Source: an uncultured Eubacteriales bacterium
GTDB taxonomy: Bacteria > Bacillota > Clostridia > Lachnospirales > Lachnospiraceae
DNA length: 64,000 nucleotides
Reading direction: 5' to 3'
Assembly: GCA_900549105.1 (NCBI GenBank)
Contig: URND01000002.1
Location: 3,581 to 67,580, forward strand
The notes under the pieces are model-generated. The model was not told the DNA's origin. It worked only from the letters and a program-made list of their open reading frames with translations, and did not search any database. A program made the position numbers and the translations under genes. The first letter of the stretch is position 1, and each line of letters begins with the position of its first letter. Below are positions 12,262 through 22,590 of the stretch, one piece after another.

Positions 12262-13671
12262 TCAGGCTTTGTGACCGCCAATCTGCTGGTTGCGTTCAAT
12301 GGCAGTGGCTCCATCCTCGAAACTCATGCCTTTCAATATAGCATTTTTCCCATATTTCTTTTGAATATCCAGTATGGCCTTCTGAATTTTCCTGTCCCGT
12401 TTTGCAGTCCTTTCTTTTCTATCGATTTCTTCCGGTGTCGTAAATAAATCATATTGAATATAATTGTCTGCCTTGGATTCATCGATAACATTATTGAAGG
12501 TGACGCTCAGCCGATGAATCGACAGCTTTGAATTGACGATGCGGTCATAAAGGGACAGGGCCGCTGCCGACAATTCCGTGGCGGAAGAGGTGTGGACATT
12601 CAGATTCACACTCCCATGGGCCGGTTTTGGCACGGCCTGCCCAAAGTGGTTTATATGAAGCGGGCCGGAATAATTCTCTGAGTTCTTATCATAACCGATA
12701 TGAAGGACAATTTGATTTGCCGCCAATCCCTTATCAAACAGGTCCAGCGCCAGACTATCGGTCATTTCATGGACAACCAGCCTTGCCTTTTCCTTGGAAT
12801 AGGGGCATGAAAGAACCTGTCCCGAACCGATGGAATTGCTGTTTGGTTTATAGTTTTTGATATCCTGCATGGTGACCGGTTCCACGCCCCAGGCATGGTC
12901 GATAAGCAGTTCAGCGTCCACACCAAAAAGTCGGAACAAAAAGTCCTCATTATAAAGGGACATCACAGCCACATCTCCCATGGTATACATGGCATTGTCC
13001 CTCAGGCGTTTGGCGATACCATTTCCAATGCGCCAGAAAGAGGTGAGGGGCTGATGTTCCCAAAGCAACTTTCGATAATTCATTTCATCCAATTCAGCAA
13101 TTCGAACGCCGTCCTTATCGGCATCCACATGTTTCGCCACAATATCCATGGCAATTTTTGCAAGGTACATGTTTGGACCAATGCCTGCCGTGGCCGTAAT
13201 CCCGGTTTCAGACAGAACATCCAGAATCATGGTTTTTGCCAAATCATGGGGCGACATGGGAGTGCCGTCTGAGTTGCAGTAAACAGATTGATAGGAGGTC
13301 ACATCCATGAATACTTCATCGATAGAATAAACATGGATATCGGAGGCGCTCACATATTTCAGATAAATATTATAGATATTGGCGGAGACATCGATATATT
13401 TCTGCATTTGCGGCGTGGCAACGATTAAATCAATTGTTTTGCCGTTGGCGGCTTTAATCTCCTTTAATTTTTCTTTGACTTCGAACAATCTTGGACGGCC
13501 GGGAATGCCAAATGCTTTAAGTGAAGGAGAGACGGCCAGGCAGATAGTTTTATCCGTGCGGCTTTCATCAGCCACCACCAGATGGGCAGTCAGGGGATTA
13601 AGCCCCCGTTCCACACATTCGACGGAGGCATAAAAACTTTTTAAATCAATGGCAATATAAACGTTGGACAT
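12262..13671 (-). CDS. Y-family (translesion) DNA polymerase, UmuC/UvrX-like
   Basis: The N-terminus 'YIAIDLKSFYASVE' carries the catalytic Asp of the ImpB/UmuC family, and 'SIDEVFMDVT' is the second catalytic motif. Confidence 0.85.
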   Translation of the reverse strand: MSNVYIAIDLKSFYASVECVERGLNPLTAHLVVADESRTDKTICLAVSPSLKAFGIPGRPRLFEVKEKLKEIKAANGKTIDLIVATPQMQKYIDVSANIYNIYLKYVSASDIHVYSIDEVFMDVTSYQSVYCNSDGTPMSPHDLAKTMILDVLSETGITATAGIGPNMYLAKIAMDIVAKHVDADKDGVRIAELDEMNYRKLLWEHQPLTSFWRIGNGIAKRLRDNAMYTMGDVAVMSLYNEDFLFRLFGVDAELLIDHAWGVEPVTMQDIKNYKPNSNSIGSGQVLSCPYSKEKARLVVHEMTDSLALDLFDKGLAANQIVLHIGYDKNSENYSGPLHINHFGQAVPKPAHGSVNLNVHTSSATELSAAALSLYDRIVNSKLSIHRLSVTFNNVIDESKADNYIQYDLFTTPEEIDRKERTAKRDRKIQKAILDIQKKYGKNAILKGMSFEDGATAIERNQQIGGHKA

Positions 13672-13791
13672 AATAATGCGCTCCCTTCACTAATCAAAAA
13701 CAAACAAACGTTCTGTATAGAAATAATTCTAGAACAAAAGTTCGGATAAGTCAAGGGAGCAATGGAAAAAAGTAAGTGGAAGTTTATGGTA

Positions 13792-14580
13792 TCATGCCCC
13801 AATATCTTTCTTTGTATATTTTGCAAAGGCGGCCGCGATGCCAATTGCGGCGTAGAGTATGCCAAGGGCCAGCAGCCGCAGGTCGATGGCGTTGTCGGAA
13901 ATGATATCTGCGGCTTCGGCATAGGCAAAAGGCGTGATGTATTTTAGAAATTCGGCCTGGCTGCTGATGTTTTTAAAGATGTTTAAAAAGTAGAGCAGGG
14001 CTGCCAGCCCGAGGCCTGCGCCGACACCGCTGTGGCGCAGAAAGGCGGAGATGCCAAAGCATATGCCTGCAATTTCAAGCTGCAGGACAGTGTAGGCGCC
14101 ATGGAGCAGCAGAAATTCTCTGACAGCCGGTTCTTCCCCGATAAGGGCGAAGGATGCGGCTGAGACGGCCATAACAAACAGGTTCATAATAACTAATTGG
14201 AAGATAACAGCCAGCAGTTTTTGGAAAATGACGGTTCGCCGACGGATGGGATGCGTCAGCAAAAATTCGGCTGTTTTTTCTTTTTCCTCTTTGGCAAGGG
14301 CGTTGACGCCGAGCAGAGCGGCAAAAAATCCGCCGCCAATGCTTAAAATATTGCCGCATTCAATGGCATAGAAACCCATGACATCCCCGAAGTTTAAACG
14401 GTCCATGCCGAAAGCCTGGGTAAAGCTGCCCATGTTGGAAAACATATCGGTAAGGCCCTCCATATCCGTGTTCATTTCAGGAAACATTATCATACAGATA
14501 AGGAGCATAAGGGCAATGGCTGTCGTCCATACGCATAAGGAGATGCGGTTTTGTCTGAGTTCATGAAAAAAGAGTGTCAT
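13792..14580 (-). CDS. ABC-2-type transporter permease
   Basis: 262-aa polytopic membrane protein whose start overlaps the upstream ATPase gene by 4 nt. Confidence 0.6.
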   Translation of the reverse strand: MTLFFHELRQNRISLCVWTTAIALMLLICMIMFPEMNTDMEGLTDMFSNMGSFTQAFGMDRLNFGDVMGFYAIECGNILSIGGGFFAALLGVNALAKEEKEKTAEFLLTHPIRRRTVIFQKLLAVIFQLVIMNLFVMAVSAASFALIGEEPAVREFLLLHGAYTVLQLEIAGICFGISAFLRHSGVGAGLGLAALLYFLNIFKNISSQAEFLKYITPFAYAEAADIISDNAIDLRLLALGILYAAIGIAAAFAKYTKKDIGA

Positions 14581-15458
14581 TGCTTTTTATCCTCCTTTGC
14601 ATAATAGTGAAGAAAAATTTCTTCCAAATCCGGTTCGGTGATTGTCATGTCAGTGAGGGTCAGATGACTTAATTCGGTTATCAAACGGTTGATGTCGCCG
14701 TCATATAAAAAGCTGACAGAGTTTTCTGTCCGGATAATATTTTTCATGGATGGCAGTTGGGGCGGCACAGAAATGCCGTGCAAAGTAATCTGCCGTGTTT
14801 TTGTATCCGAGAGGTTTTCAACTGAGTCGCAGGCAATCAGGCGGCCCTCCCGAATAATTGCCGCATTGCCGCAGTGATGTTGTATTTCCGAGAGAACATG
14901 GGAAGAGAGAAAAATCGTGGCGCCCTCAGCATTTCTCTCATGGATTAATTCAAAAAAAGCCTTTTGCATAAGCGGGTCCAGCCCGCTGGTTGGCTCATCC
15001 AGAATATATAATTCGGGTTTATGCATAAATGCGCATACAATGGACACTTTTTTTCGATTGCCGAGGGACAGTTCGTCGACTTTCTTTTTTGTATCCAGCT
15101 TAAATCGTTCGCACAGATAATGGGCTTCCTCCCGGCAGTTTTTGCCGTGAAGGGCGGCCGACATGTTCAGAATTTCGTTGACCCGCATGCCGTGGTAAAA
15201 CATGGATTCAGAGGGCATATAGCCGATATTGGAAAGTATCTCCACAGGATTGGCGCTGATATCTTTGCCAAAAATCCGGGCATTGCCGGAGGTTGGCGCA
15301 ATAAGGCCGAGCAGAGTCCGAATTGTCGTGCTTTTTCCCGCGCCGTTGGGACCGATAAAACCGAATATATCTCCTGATTCGACAGCGAGATTCATATCGA
15401 TGATTCCGCGGGCTTTTCCGTAGGATTTTGTCAGATTTTGCGTTTCTATTACTTTCAT
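14577..15458 (-). CDS. ABC transporter ATP-binding protein
   Basis: Walker A is 'GPNGAGKST', the ABC signature is 'LSLGNRKK' and Walker B is 'LYILDEPTSGLD'. Confidence 0.85.
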   Translation of the reverse strand: MKVIETQNLTKSYGKARGIIDMNLAVESGDIFGFIGPNGAGKSTTIRTLLGLIAPTSGNARIFGKDISANPVEILSNIGYMPSESMFYHGMRVNEILNMSAALHGKNCREEAHYLCERFKLDTKKKVDELSLGNRKKVSIVCAFMHKPELYILDEPTSGLDPLMQKAFFELIHERNAEGATIFLSSHVLSEIQHHCGNAAIIREGRLIACDSVENLSDTKTRQITLHGISVPPQLPSMKNIIRTENSVSFLYDGDINRLITELSHLTLTDMTITEPDLEEIFLHYYAKEDKKQ

Positions 15459-16093
15459 TATTCATTTCCTTTCCCCGGTGTTTCACGGCAGTAGGCCATT
15501 TGCCAGAGGTCCAGGATTTCCAGGAAATCCTTTTCGAGCTGGTCAAAATCAAGGCTATCCTGCTGCAGGGCTTTCCAGAGATAACCTTCTGTTGTCCAAT
15601 ACATGGTCTTTATAATCATCTCCAGGTTCAGGCCGGGCCGAAAATCTTCCGGGTGAATTTTCGGCATGAAGACCGCAGCGCTGTCCCGGATGATCCCTAT
15701 ATAACTTTCTTGAATTTCGGTGGAAATTTCCGGGTCTTTTTCATAAAAAGCCTTTAAAGCAAATGCCGTCAGATCCGGGTATTTTCTCATAATAGACAGT
15801 TTCGCATACATTCCCCGGCGCATCATTTCAAATAAATTCTCCGATTCATAACATGCGTAGTCTTTAATCGTCTGCATGGTCATTTCTGCGGCCTTATTCC
15901 ACAAAAAGAAATAGAGTTCCTTTTTGTTATGAAAGTAGTGGAAAAGTAACGATTTGCTGATTCCGGCTGTCTGGGCGATTTCTCCGACGGGGCTTTTTTT
16001 ATAGCTGTTCCGGCTGAATACGTGATATCCGGCGTTGATAATCCGCTGCTGTTTTTCCTCCGGCAGAGTAAAAAATTTATCATTCATAGGCAT
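15458..16093 (-). CDS. TetR/AcrR-family transcriptional regulator
   Basis: The N-terminal HTH is 'SPVGEIAQTAGISKSLLFHYFHNKKELY'. The gene sits upstream of, and co-oriented with, the ABC exporter pair. The start is probably at MPMNDKFF rather than the longer 16174 ORF. Confidence 0.7.
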   Translation of the reverse strand: MPMNDKFFTLPEEKQQRIINAGYHVFSRNSYKKSPVGEIAQTAGISKSLLFHYFHNKKELYFFLWNKAAEMTMQTIKDYACYESENLFEMMRRGMYAKLSIMRKYPDLTAFALKAFYEKDPEISTEIQESYIGIIRDSAAVFMPKIHPEDFRPGLNLEMIIKTMYWTTEGYLWKALQQDSLDFDQLEKDFLEILDLWQMAYCRETPGKGNE

Positions 16094-16234
16094 ACCTCCG
16101 TTAACCGTTGTGGTTAACTCAAGTATGACACGATTGACCGTTTTTGAGAAGACCCATAAAATAAGCTTATTCATGATTGGCGGCTTGTCCGCATATATTA
16201 ATGTAAAATAGTAGGAGAAGCGTGGAGGCGGTAC

Positions 16235-17335
16235 ATGGAAAAAAGAGATGGAAGTCTGCGGATTGTTCAGGTTGAGATTATGCTTTTGGCGTTTTTAATT
16301 CTGTTCGGCATTTTAAAATGGCTGTCTTCGAAGACATCTGTCTTTGCGGCGGCCGGCGGCGGAGAAGCGGAAACGGGACAGGCTGCGGCGGAAGAGGATT
16401 TTATTCGGTGGGTTGATTTTAATGTGAGCGATGAGGCATTGAGCCAGGCTTATGACTATGATATTGGGACGTATCTGTCTGAAAATCATGTGAATTGGAT
16501 TGAACTTCTGGCCTATCTTGCAGTTCAGTATGGCGGGGATTTCAGCCGGTACAAAGCCCGGGATATGGCGGAGGCGGTGGAAAAAATTCAAGGCCAGGGC
16601 ATTGAAGCCCTGACGGAAAATCTGAAATATTATGATTATTATCGGGAAGCCTATGAGGCGGTGCTCGGCGGCATGGTTGGGGTTTATGAGGCGGAAGAGG
16701 CGGGAACAGCTTCCGGCGAGGATGAAAGTTCTGCGGAAAACAAGGTTTGGAAACAGGTGTATGGACTGAAGGCTTTCAGCCCGATTGCGAAGGGTTTTCC
16801 CTATTCAGAATATGACGATTTTGGAGCATCCCGAAGCTACGGTTATCAGAGGAATCATTTGGGCCATGATATATTGGGGCAGGTGGGAACGCCGATTATT
16901 GCCATTGAGAGCGGGACTGTGAGTGCTCTTGGCTGGAATCAATTTGGGGGCTGGCGCATTGGCATCCTCAGCTTTGATCGAAAGCGGTATTACTACTATG
17001 CCCATCTCAGACAGGACAGGCCCTATGCGGAGGGGCTGGAAGAGGGAGACATTGTTCAGGCCGGGGATGTGATTGGATATATGGGGCGGACCGGTTACAG
17101 CACAGAAGAAAACACGAACAATATCGACGTATATCATTTACATTTGGGGCTGCAGTTGATTTTTGATGAATCACAGCGGGAAGGGTCAAATGAAATCTGG
17201 ATTGATGTGTATCCGCTGACCCGTTTTCTGACCCGGCATGCCTCGGAAACAGTTCGAAATGATAGGACAAAGGAGTGGAGCCGGCGTTATCAAATCCGCG
17301 ACCCGGAGGTGCCGCATGTATCCGGGGAAGAATAA
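16235..17335 (+). CDS. M23-family metallopeptidase with an N-terminal membrane anchor
   Basis: The M23 motifs 'HLGHDILGQVGTPIIAIESGTV' and 'YYYYAHL' are present, together with an N-terminal transmembrane helix. Confidence 0.75.
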   Translation: MEKRDGSLRIVQVEIMLLAFLILFGILKWLSSKTSVFAAAGGGEAETGQAAAEEDFIRWVDFNVSDEALSQAYDYDIGTYLSENHVNWIELLAYLAVQYGGDFSRYKARDMAEAVEKIQGQGIEALTENLKYYDYYREAYEAVLGGMVGVYEAEEAGTASGEDESSAENKVWKQVYGLKAFSPIAKGFPYSEYDDFGASRSYGYQRNHLGHDILGQVGTPIIAIESGTVSALGWNQFGGWRIGILSFDRKRYYYYAHLRQDRPYAEGLEEGDIVQAGDVIGYMGRTGYSTEENTNNIDVYHLHLGLQLIFDESQREGSNEIWIDVYPLTRFLTRHASETVRNDRTKEWSRRYQIRDPEVPHVSGEE

Positions 17336-17394
17336 GATGCGGTGCAAGTTTAGCAGAATATTTGATATTTTCTAAAAGAATCTCTGCGAAAAAA

Positions 17395-17489
17395 TGTCGA
17401 CTGGGGTCATTCGGTGTCAAATAGGGTCAGCCCGGGTCGAAGATTGCGATTGGTTAGTCTTGCGATAATCCTTTTTCAGAGAATATAAT
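17395..17489 (+). promoter_or_regulatory. putative spo0A promoter region with 0A-box-like elements
   Basis: TGTCGAC lies at 17395-17401, GGTCGAA at 17435-17441 and TTGCGAT at both 17444-17450 and 17460-17466. A TATAAT lies at 17484-17489, about 36 nt upstream of the GTG start. Confidence 0.3.
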
Positions 17490-17524
17490 ACAAATAGTTT
17501 CAAAGACAGAAGGAGGAGAATAAG

Positions 17525-18325
17525 GTGAGCAAAATTAATGTGGCGATTGTGGATGATAATGAGCGGATGTTGGGGCTTTTGGAAAATATTTTGAGTGAGG
17601 ACAAGAGTATTTCTGTTGTCGGAAAAGGCGGCGACGGTGTTCAGGCGTTGGAATTAATTCGCGAAAAGGAGCCGGATGTGGTGCTTCTTGATCTGATTAT
17701 GCCGAAACTTGACGGCCTTGAGGTTATGCAGAAGGTGAACCGGGAACCGGCGCTCAAAAAGAAACCGGCGTTTATTGTCATCTCAGCCATCGGACAGGAG
17801 AATATTACGGAAGATGCCTTTGGCCTCGGAGCCAGTTACTATATTATGAAACCATTTGACAATGATGTTGTTTTAAATAAAATAAAGCAGATACAGAGGG
17901 ATAAGACGGCAAAGCTTGTTCATACTAAGCATAACATGGTATCCGAGGGTGTCAGCGAATATTCGGCGGTCAATCTGGAGACAGATGTCACGAATATTAT
18001 CCATGAGATTGGTGTTCCGGCCCATATTAAAGGATACCAGTATTTGAGAGATGCCATTATCATGTCGGTGGAAAACCGGGAAGTCATTAACTCGATTACC
18101 AAAGTGCTGTATCCAACGATTGCAAAGATGAATCAAACAACGCCGAGCCGGGTGGAGCGGGCCATCCGTCATGCGATTGAAGTGGCGTGGAGCCGGGGAA
18201 AGATGGATACAATCAATGAATTGTTCGGATATACGATTAATACCGGGAAAGGGAAGCCGACAAACTCGGAATTTATTGCCCTGATTTCTGACAAAATGCG
18301 TTTGGAATATAAAACTAAGGGGTAA
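17525..18325 (+). CDS. spo0A: Sporulation master regulator Spo0A
   Basis: The GTG start is preceded by GGAGGAG. The receiver domain is '[14 protein letters not shown]...[13 protein letters not shown]'. The Spo0A-specific C-terminal DNA-binding domain is '[16 protein letters not shown]' and '[15 protein letters not shown]'. Confidence 0.92.
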   Translation: MSKINVAIVDDNERMLGLLENILSEDKSISVVGKGGDGVQALELIREKEPDVVLLDLIMPKLDGLEVMQKVNREPALKKKPAFIVISAIGQENITEDAFGLGASYYIMKPFDNDVVLNKIKQIQRDKTAKLVHTKHNMVSEGVSEYSAVNLETDVTNIIHEIGVPAHIKGYQYLRDAIIMSVENREVINSITKVLYPTIAKMNQTTPSRVERAIRHAIEVAWSRGKMDTINELFGYTINTGKGKPTNSEFIALISDKMRLEYKTKG

Positions 18326-18407
18326 AATAAATAAATATCTTTTAATGTTCTCTCAAATATTGTATAATATATACAATAAATGTATTTGAGGGAGGTAGCG
18401 GATTTAT

Positions 18408-19844
18408 ATGAAGAAGATATTATTTGTATCGTCGGAAGCTGTACCGTTTATAAAAACAGGGGGATTAGCAGACGTTGCCGGCACATTGCCAAAGTCATTC
18501 AATAAAGATGAATTCGATGTCCGTGTTGTTATCCCGAAATATCGGGCAATTCCCGAACATTACCGAAATCAGATGAAGTATCGCACACATTTTTACATGG
18601 ATTTTGCCGGAGAAAACCGGTATGTCGGTGTTATGGAACTTGAGTGGGGCGGAGTTACGTTTTATTTTATAGATAATGAATATTATTTTTATGGAGATAA
18701 ACCGTATGAAGACGGCGTTTGGGATTTAGAAAAATTTGCTTATTTCAGCAAAGCGGCTCTTTCAATCCTGCCGCTCATTGATTTCCAGCCGGATGTGGTT
18801 CACTGCCATGACTGGCAGACGGGGCTTGTCCCGGTGTACTTAAAGACAGATTTCTGCAGAGGAGATTTCTTCTCCCGGATGAAAGCTGTTATGACGATTC
18901 ATAACCTGAAGTTCCAGGGAACATGGAATCCGAAGGATATTATGAATATTACCGGGCTGCCGGGTTATCTGTTTACGCCGGATAAGCTGGAAGCCTATAA
19001 AGATGCGAACTATCTGAAAGGCGGCCTTGTGTATGCGGACTGGATTACCACTGTCAGCCCGACCTATTCGGAAGAAATTAAGATGCCGTTTTACGGCGAG
19101 GGGTTAAACGGCTTGCTCTGCGCCCGTGCCGGGCAGCTCAGCGGTATTTTGAATGGAATTGATTATGAGGAATATAATCCGGAGACGGATTCGAATCTTG
19201 CTTATAAATACAATGCCATTAACTTCCGTAAATTAAAAGTGAAAAATAAACTGGCTCTTCAGGCTGAATTGGGCCTGGAGCAGAATGAGAAAAAATTTAT
19301 GATCGGACTTGTGTCCCGGTTGACGGATCAGAAGGGTCTGGATTTGGTGGCCTATATGATGGACCAGATTTGCACCGAGGATACGCAGCTTGTAGTGCTT
19401 GGAACCGGCGACAGCAAGTATGAGAATATGTTCCGGCATTTTGCATGGAAATATCCGGAGAGGGTATCGGCAAATATATTCTATTCCGATGAACGCTCTC
19501 ATAAGATTTATGGTTCCTGCGATGCATTTCTCATGCCGTCCCTGTTTGAACCTTGCGGTCTCAGCCAGTTGATGAGTTTGCGTTACGGCACGGTTCCGAT
19601 TGTCCGCGAGACGGGCGGTTTAAAAGATACGGTTCAGCCGTATAATGAATTCGAATCGACAGGTACGGGCTTCAGCTTTGCAAATTATAATGCCCATGAA
19701 ATGATGGATACTATTAATTATGCGAAGCATATCTATTATGATAAGAAACGGGAATGGAACAAGATTATTGACCGGGCAATGGCTGCAGATTTCTCATGGA
19801 ATATGTCTGCACGCAGGTATGAGGATTTATATCGGATGTTATGA
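18408..19844 (+). CDS. glgA: Glycogen synthase (ADP-glucose type)
   Basis: The N-terminus 'KILFVSSEAVPFIKTGGLADVAGTLPK' is the GlgA hallmark, and the protein has a GT5/GT1 fold. Confidence 0.9.
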   Translation: MKKILFVSSEAVPFIKTGGLADVAGTLPKSFNKDEFDVRVVIPKYRAIPEHYRNQMKYRTHFYMDFAGENRYVGVMELEWGGVTFYFIDNEYYFYGDKPYEDGVWDLEKFAYFSKAALSILPLIDFQPDVVHCHDWQTGLVPVYLKTDFCRGDFFSRMKAVMTIHNLKFQGTWNPKDIMNITGLPGYLFTPDKLEAYKDANYLKGGLVYADWITTVSPTYSEEIKMPFYGEGLNGLLCARAGQLSGILNGIDYEEYNPETDSNLAYKYNAINFRKLKVKNKLALQAELGLEQNEKKFMIGLVSRLTDQKGLDLVAYMMDQICTEDTQLVVLGTGDSKYENMFRHFAWKYPERVSANIFYSDERSHKIYGSCDAFLMPSLFEPCGLSQLMSLRYGTVPIVRETGGLKDTVQPYNEFESTGTGFSFANYNAHEMMDTINYAKHIYYDKKREWNKIIDRAMAADFSWNMSARRYEDLYRML

Positions 19845-20776
19845 GTGAGTATTTAAAGAAAACCTGGGTGGTATTTCTGCTGGCATCGGTGTGCTGCTTC
19901 TTGTGGGGAAGCGCTTTCCCAGGTGTTAAAATCGGCTATGAATGGTTTCACATTGCATCCGGGGAGACGGCAGCCCAGATATTATTTGCGGGGTGCCGTT
20001 TTTTCCTTGCCGGTATTTTGGTGATTCTTTTCGGCAGCTTGACATCGGGAAAGTTTTTGCGGCCCATCGGTGGGGAGTGGAAACATGCGGCAGTGATCAG
20101 TCTGTTTCAGACAATTTTGCAGTACATATTATTTTAGATCGGCCTGGCCCACACGGCAGGAACAAAGGCATCCATTATTATCGGTTCCAATGTATTTATT
20201 GTCATTTTGACGGCAAGCCTTATTTTCCGGCAGGAAAAGCTGACGCGGCAGAAAATCGTGGGCTGTCTTATCGGCTTTGTCGGCGTTGTTCTTATTAATC
20301 TGGCGCCGGGGGAAATGTCGCTGGCTGTGAGTTTTGGGGGCGAGGGACTAGTCCTGATTTCAACGGTAGCCTATGCCTTTTCCTCTGTCATTATGAAGAA
20401 ATATGCAAAGAAGGATAACCCGGTCATGCTGAGCGGCTACCAGTTTTTTATCGGCGGTATTGTCATGATGGCCGCGGGATATTTGATGGGCGGACGGGTT
20501 TGGGCAGTTTCCGGGAGAGCCATGCTGATTCTTTTATATCTGTCCTTTGCCTCGGCGGCGGCTTATACGATATGGAGTCAGCTTCTCAAATATAACCCGG
20601 TATCAAAGGTGGCTGTCTTTGGGTTTATGAATCCGGTGTTTGGAGTGTCTCTTTCAGCAATTTTGCTCCATGAAAATAATCAGATACCTTTATGGCAGGG
20701 GATAGCGGCTTTAATCTGCATTACTGTCGGAATTATTATCAGTCACAGAGAAGGGCGAGGGGCGGAAGCTTCATAA
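19841..20776 (+). pseudogene. EamA/DMT-family transporter interrupted by an in-frame TAG
   Basis: A single frame reads 'TILQYILF*IGLAHTAGTKASIIIG' with TAG at 20135-20137 where EamA proteins normally have Tyr. The ORFs at 19841..20137 and 20207..20776 are in the same frame. Confidence 0.6.
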
Positions 20777-20803
20777 AATTCGCCCGGCGGAGATATTTTT
20801 CCG

Positions 20804-20832
20804 TTGACAGTCTGTGTCATATAAGTTAGAAT
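20804..20832 (+). promoter_or_regulatory. sigma-A-type promoter of the peptide ABC transporter operon
   Basis: The -35 TTGACA lies at 20804-20809. A 17-nt spacer leads to the -10 TAGAAT at 20827-20832. Confidence 0.5.
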
Positions 20833-20880
20833 AAGAAAGAATCGGCCATGAAGGCCGACATATGGTTAGGTTGAATGAAA

Positions 20881-20926
20881 CCACGAAGGTTTCGCTGCTT
20901 TTTGTGCGAATCTTTGTGGTTTTTTC
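20881..20926 (+). promoter_or_regulatory. terminator-like hairpin plus U-tract in the 5' leader (possible attenuator)
   Basis: CCACGAAG at 20881-20888 pairs with CTTTGTGG at 20912-20919 (one G-U pair). This is followed by TTTTTT and lies about 35 nt before the SBP start codon. Confidence 0.35.
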
Positions 20927-20961
20927 GTTATTATAAAGCCGAAGAATGGAGAGAAAGAGAT

Positions 20962-22569
20962 ATGAAAAAAAGAATATTTTGCATTTTATTAACGGCTGTC
21001 ATGTGTGTGTCCCTGCTGGCGGCCTGCGGTTCAGAAACAAAGGAAACAGCTGCCGGAGAGACGTCAGCCGACAGTCATAGTACAACCGGGGACAGTGCAG
21101 GAAATCCGGAGGAGGAGAAGATGCTGCGAATCGCCTTTCCGGATACGCTGACAACTGTGGATGTGGCGAATGTCACCTCGGCAACAATGTTAAAAGAGGT
21201 GGCCGGTGTGTGTGAAACCTTGGTCCATGCGGATGAAGACTTTATTCTTCAGCCGAATCTTGCCGTGGAATGGGAAATGACCGGAGATACAACCTGGGAA
21301 TTTAAGCTGCGGGATGATGTGACTTTTCATGATGGAACGCCGATGAATGCTGAAGCGGTGAAATGGTCCATTGAGTGGGAACTGGAAAATAATCCGGCTT
21401 TTGCCGGTTCGACTTTTATTGAATCGGCGGAGGTTTTAGACGAATATAGGATTCAATTTAATACTTCGCAGAAGACAACGGATCTGCCGGCGGCCCTGTC
21501 CTATGTGGGGACGGCCGTTGTGGCGCCTTCCTCTGTGGATGGGAATGGAAATTTTGTTAAGGCTGTGGGAACCGGATATTTTAAGCAGGATGCCTTTGAT
21601 GAAACCTCCGGAGTTTTTGAATGTTCTGTGTATGACGGATACTGGAAGCCGGTGGAAACCAATGTTACCCGCCGCGTTGTGCGGAGCATTACCGATGCCG
21701 GCGCCCGGAGCCTTGCGGTGCAGAGTGGAGAAGTTGACATTGCGTCGGATATACCTTTCAGTGATTTGGAAAGCCTTGCAAATTCAGAAAATGTCAAGGT
21801 TTCAAAATTTAATACGGCGCGGACTTATTTTTATAATTATAATATGAAGAAAGACATTTTTCAGGATGAGCGGGTGCGTAAGGCTTTAATTTATGCCATT
21901 AATAAAGAAGAGCTGGTCAACGATGTGCTTCTCGGGGTGGGCGGCGTGCCAAAGGGTATGCTGATGGATGATATGCCGTGGGCCAACCTTGATGTGGACA
22001 CTTACGATTATGATGTGGATAAAGCGGTAAGTCTGCTTGAGGAGGCCGGATATACGGACAGTGATAAGGATGGATATCTGGATAAGGATGGAGAAAAACT
22101 CACTTTGAAGCTGGTTACCTTTACAAAAAGGCCGGGCTGTTCTTTGATTGTCCAGGCAACCCAGGGCTATTATGCGAATATCGGCATTGATACAACGGTG
22201 GAAGTGCTGGAGTGGTCGGCCATGAATGAGCTGATTCAAAACGGGGATTTTGATATGGCCCTGAATTCAGCGGCATCCGCCTATATACCGACACCGGCCT
22301 ACTATATGGAAACTTATTATAAAAATAACGACATTGGGTATGAGAATGAGGCTGTGAACGCTTTGCTGGATGCATGCAAGGCGACGGCGGACATGGAAGA
22401 AAAATATGCGTACAGCAAAGAAGCCCAGGCACTGGCCCAGGAGGATGCGGCAATTTTTACGCCGGCCTTGTACGGCGCTGTCTTTGCCTTATCGAAAGAT
22501 GTGACGGAATTTCAGTATAACGCGGCAGCCCATGATTTTATTGTGCCTTATGAGACGTCTTTAAACTAA
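20962..22569 (+). CDS. ABC transporter substrate-binding lipoprotein, family 5 (OppA/DppA-like)
   Basis: The signal peptide with lipobox 'LLAACGS' and the overall family-5 SBP layout support this call. The longer ORF starting at 20875 is leader sequence. Confidence 0.8.
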   Translation: MKKRIFCILLTAVMCVSLLAACGSETKETAAGETSADSHSTTGDSAGNPEEEKMLRIAFPDTLTTVDVANVTSATMLKEVAGVCETLVHADEDFILQPNLAVEWEMTGDTTWEFKLRDDVTFHDGTPMNAEAVKWSIEWELENNPAFAGSTFIESAEVLDEYRIQFNTSQKTTDLPAALSYVGTAVVAPSSVDGNGNFVKAVGTGYFKQDAFDETSGVFECSVYDGYWKPVETNVTRRVVRSITDAGARSLAVQSGEVDIASDIPFSDLESLANSENVKVSKFNTARTYFYNYNMKKDIFQDERVRKALIYAINKEELVNDVLLGVGGVPKGMLMDDMPWANLDVDTYDYDVDKAVSLLEEAGYTDSDKDGYLDKDGEKLTLKLVTFTKRPGCSLIVQATQGYYANIGIDTTVEVLEWSAMNELIQNGDFDMALNSAASAYIPTPAYYMETYYKNNDIGYENEAVNALLDACKATADMEEKYAYSKEAQALAQEDAAIFTPALYGAVFALSKDVTEFQYNAAAHDFIVPYETSLN

Positions 22570-22590
22570 ACTGTTTTTGGAGAGATACCT

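Noticed and set aside
18356-18372. Perfect AT-only palindrome TTGTATAATATATACAA upstream of glgA as a possible operator
   Set aside because: It coincides with a TATAAT -10-like element. Palindromy in pure A/T sequence of this length is common by chance, and there is no supporting context.
20875-20961. Extended 5' start of the substrate-binding protein ORF (MKPRRFRCFLCESLWFFRYYKAEEW...)
   Set aside because: This stretch overlaps the leader hairpin/terminator. The true start, MKKRIFCILL at 20962, is followed by a lipoprotein signal peptide.
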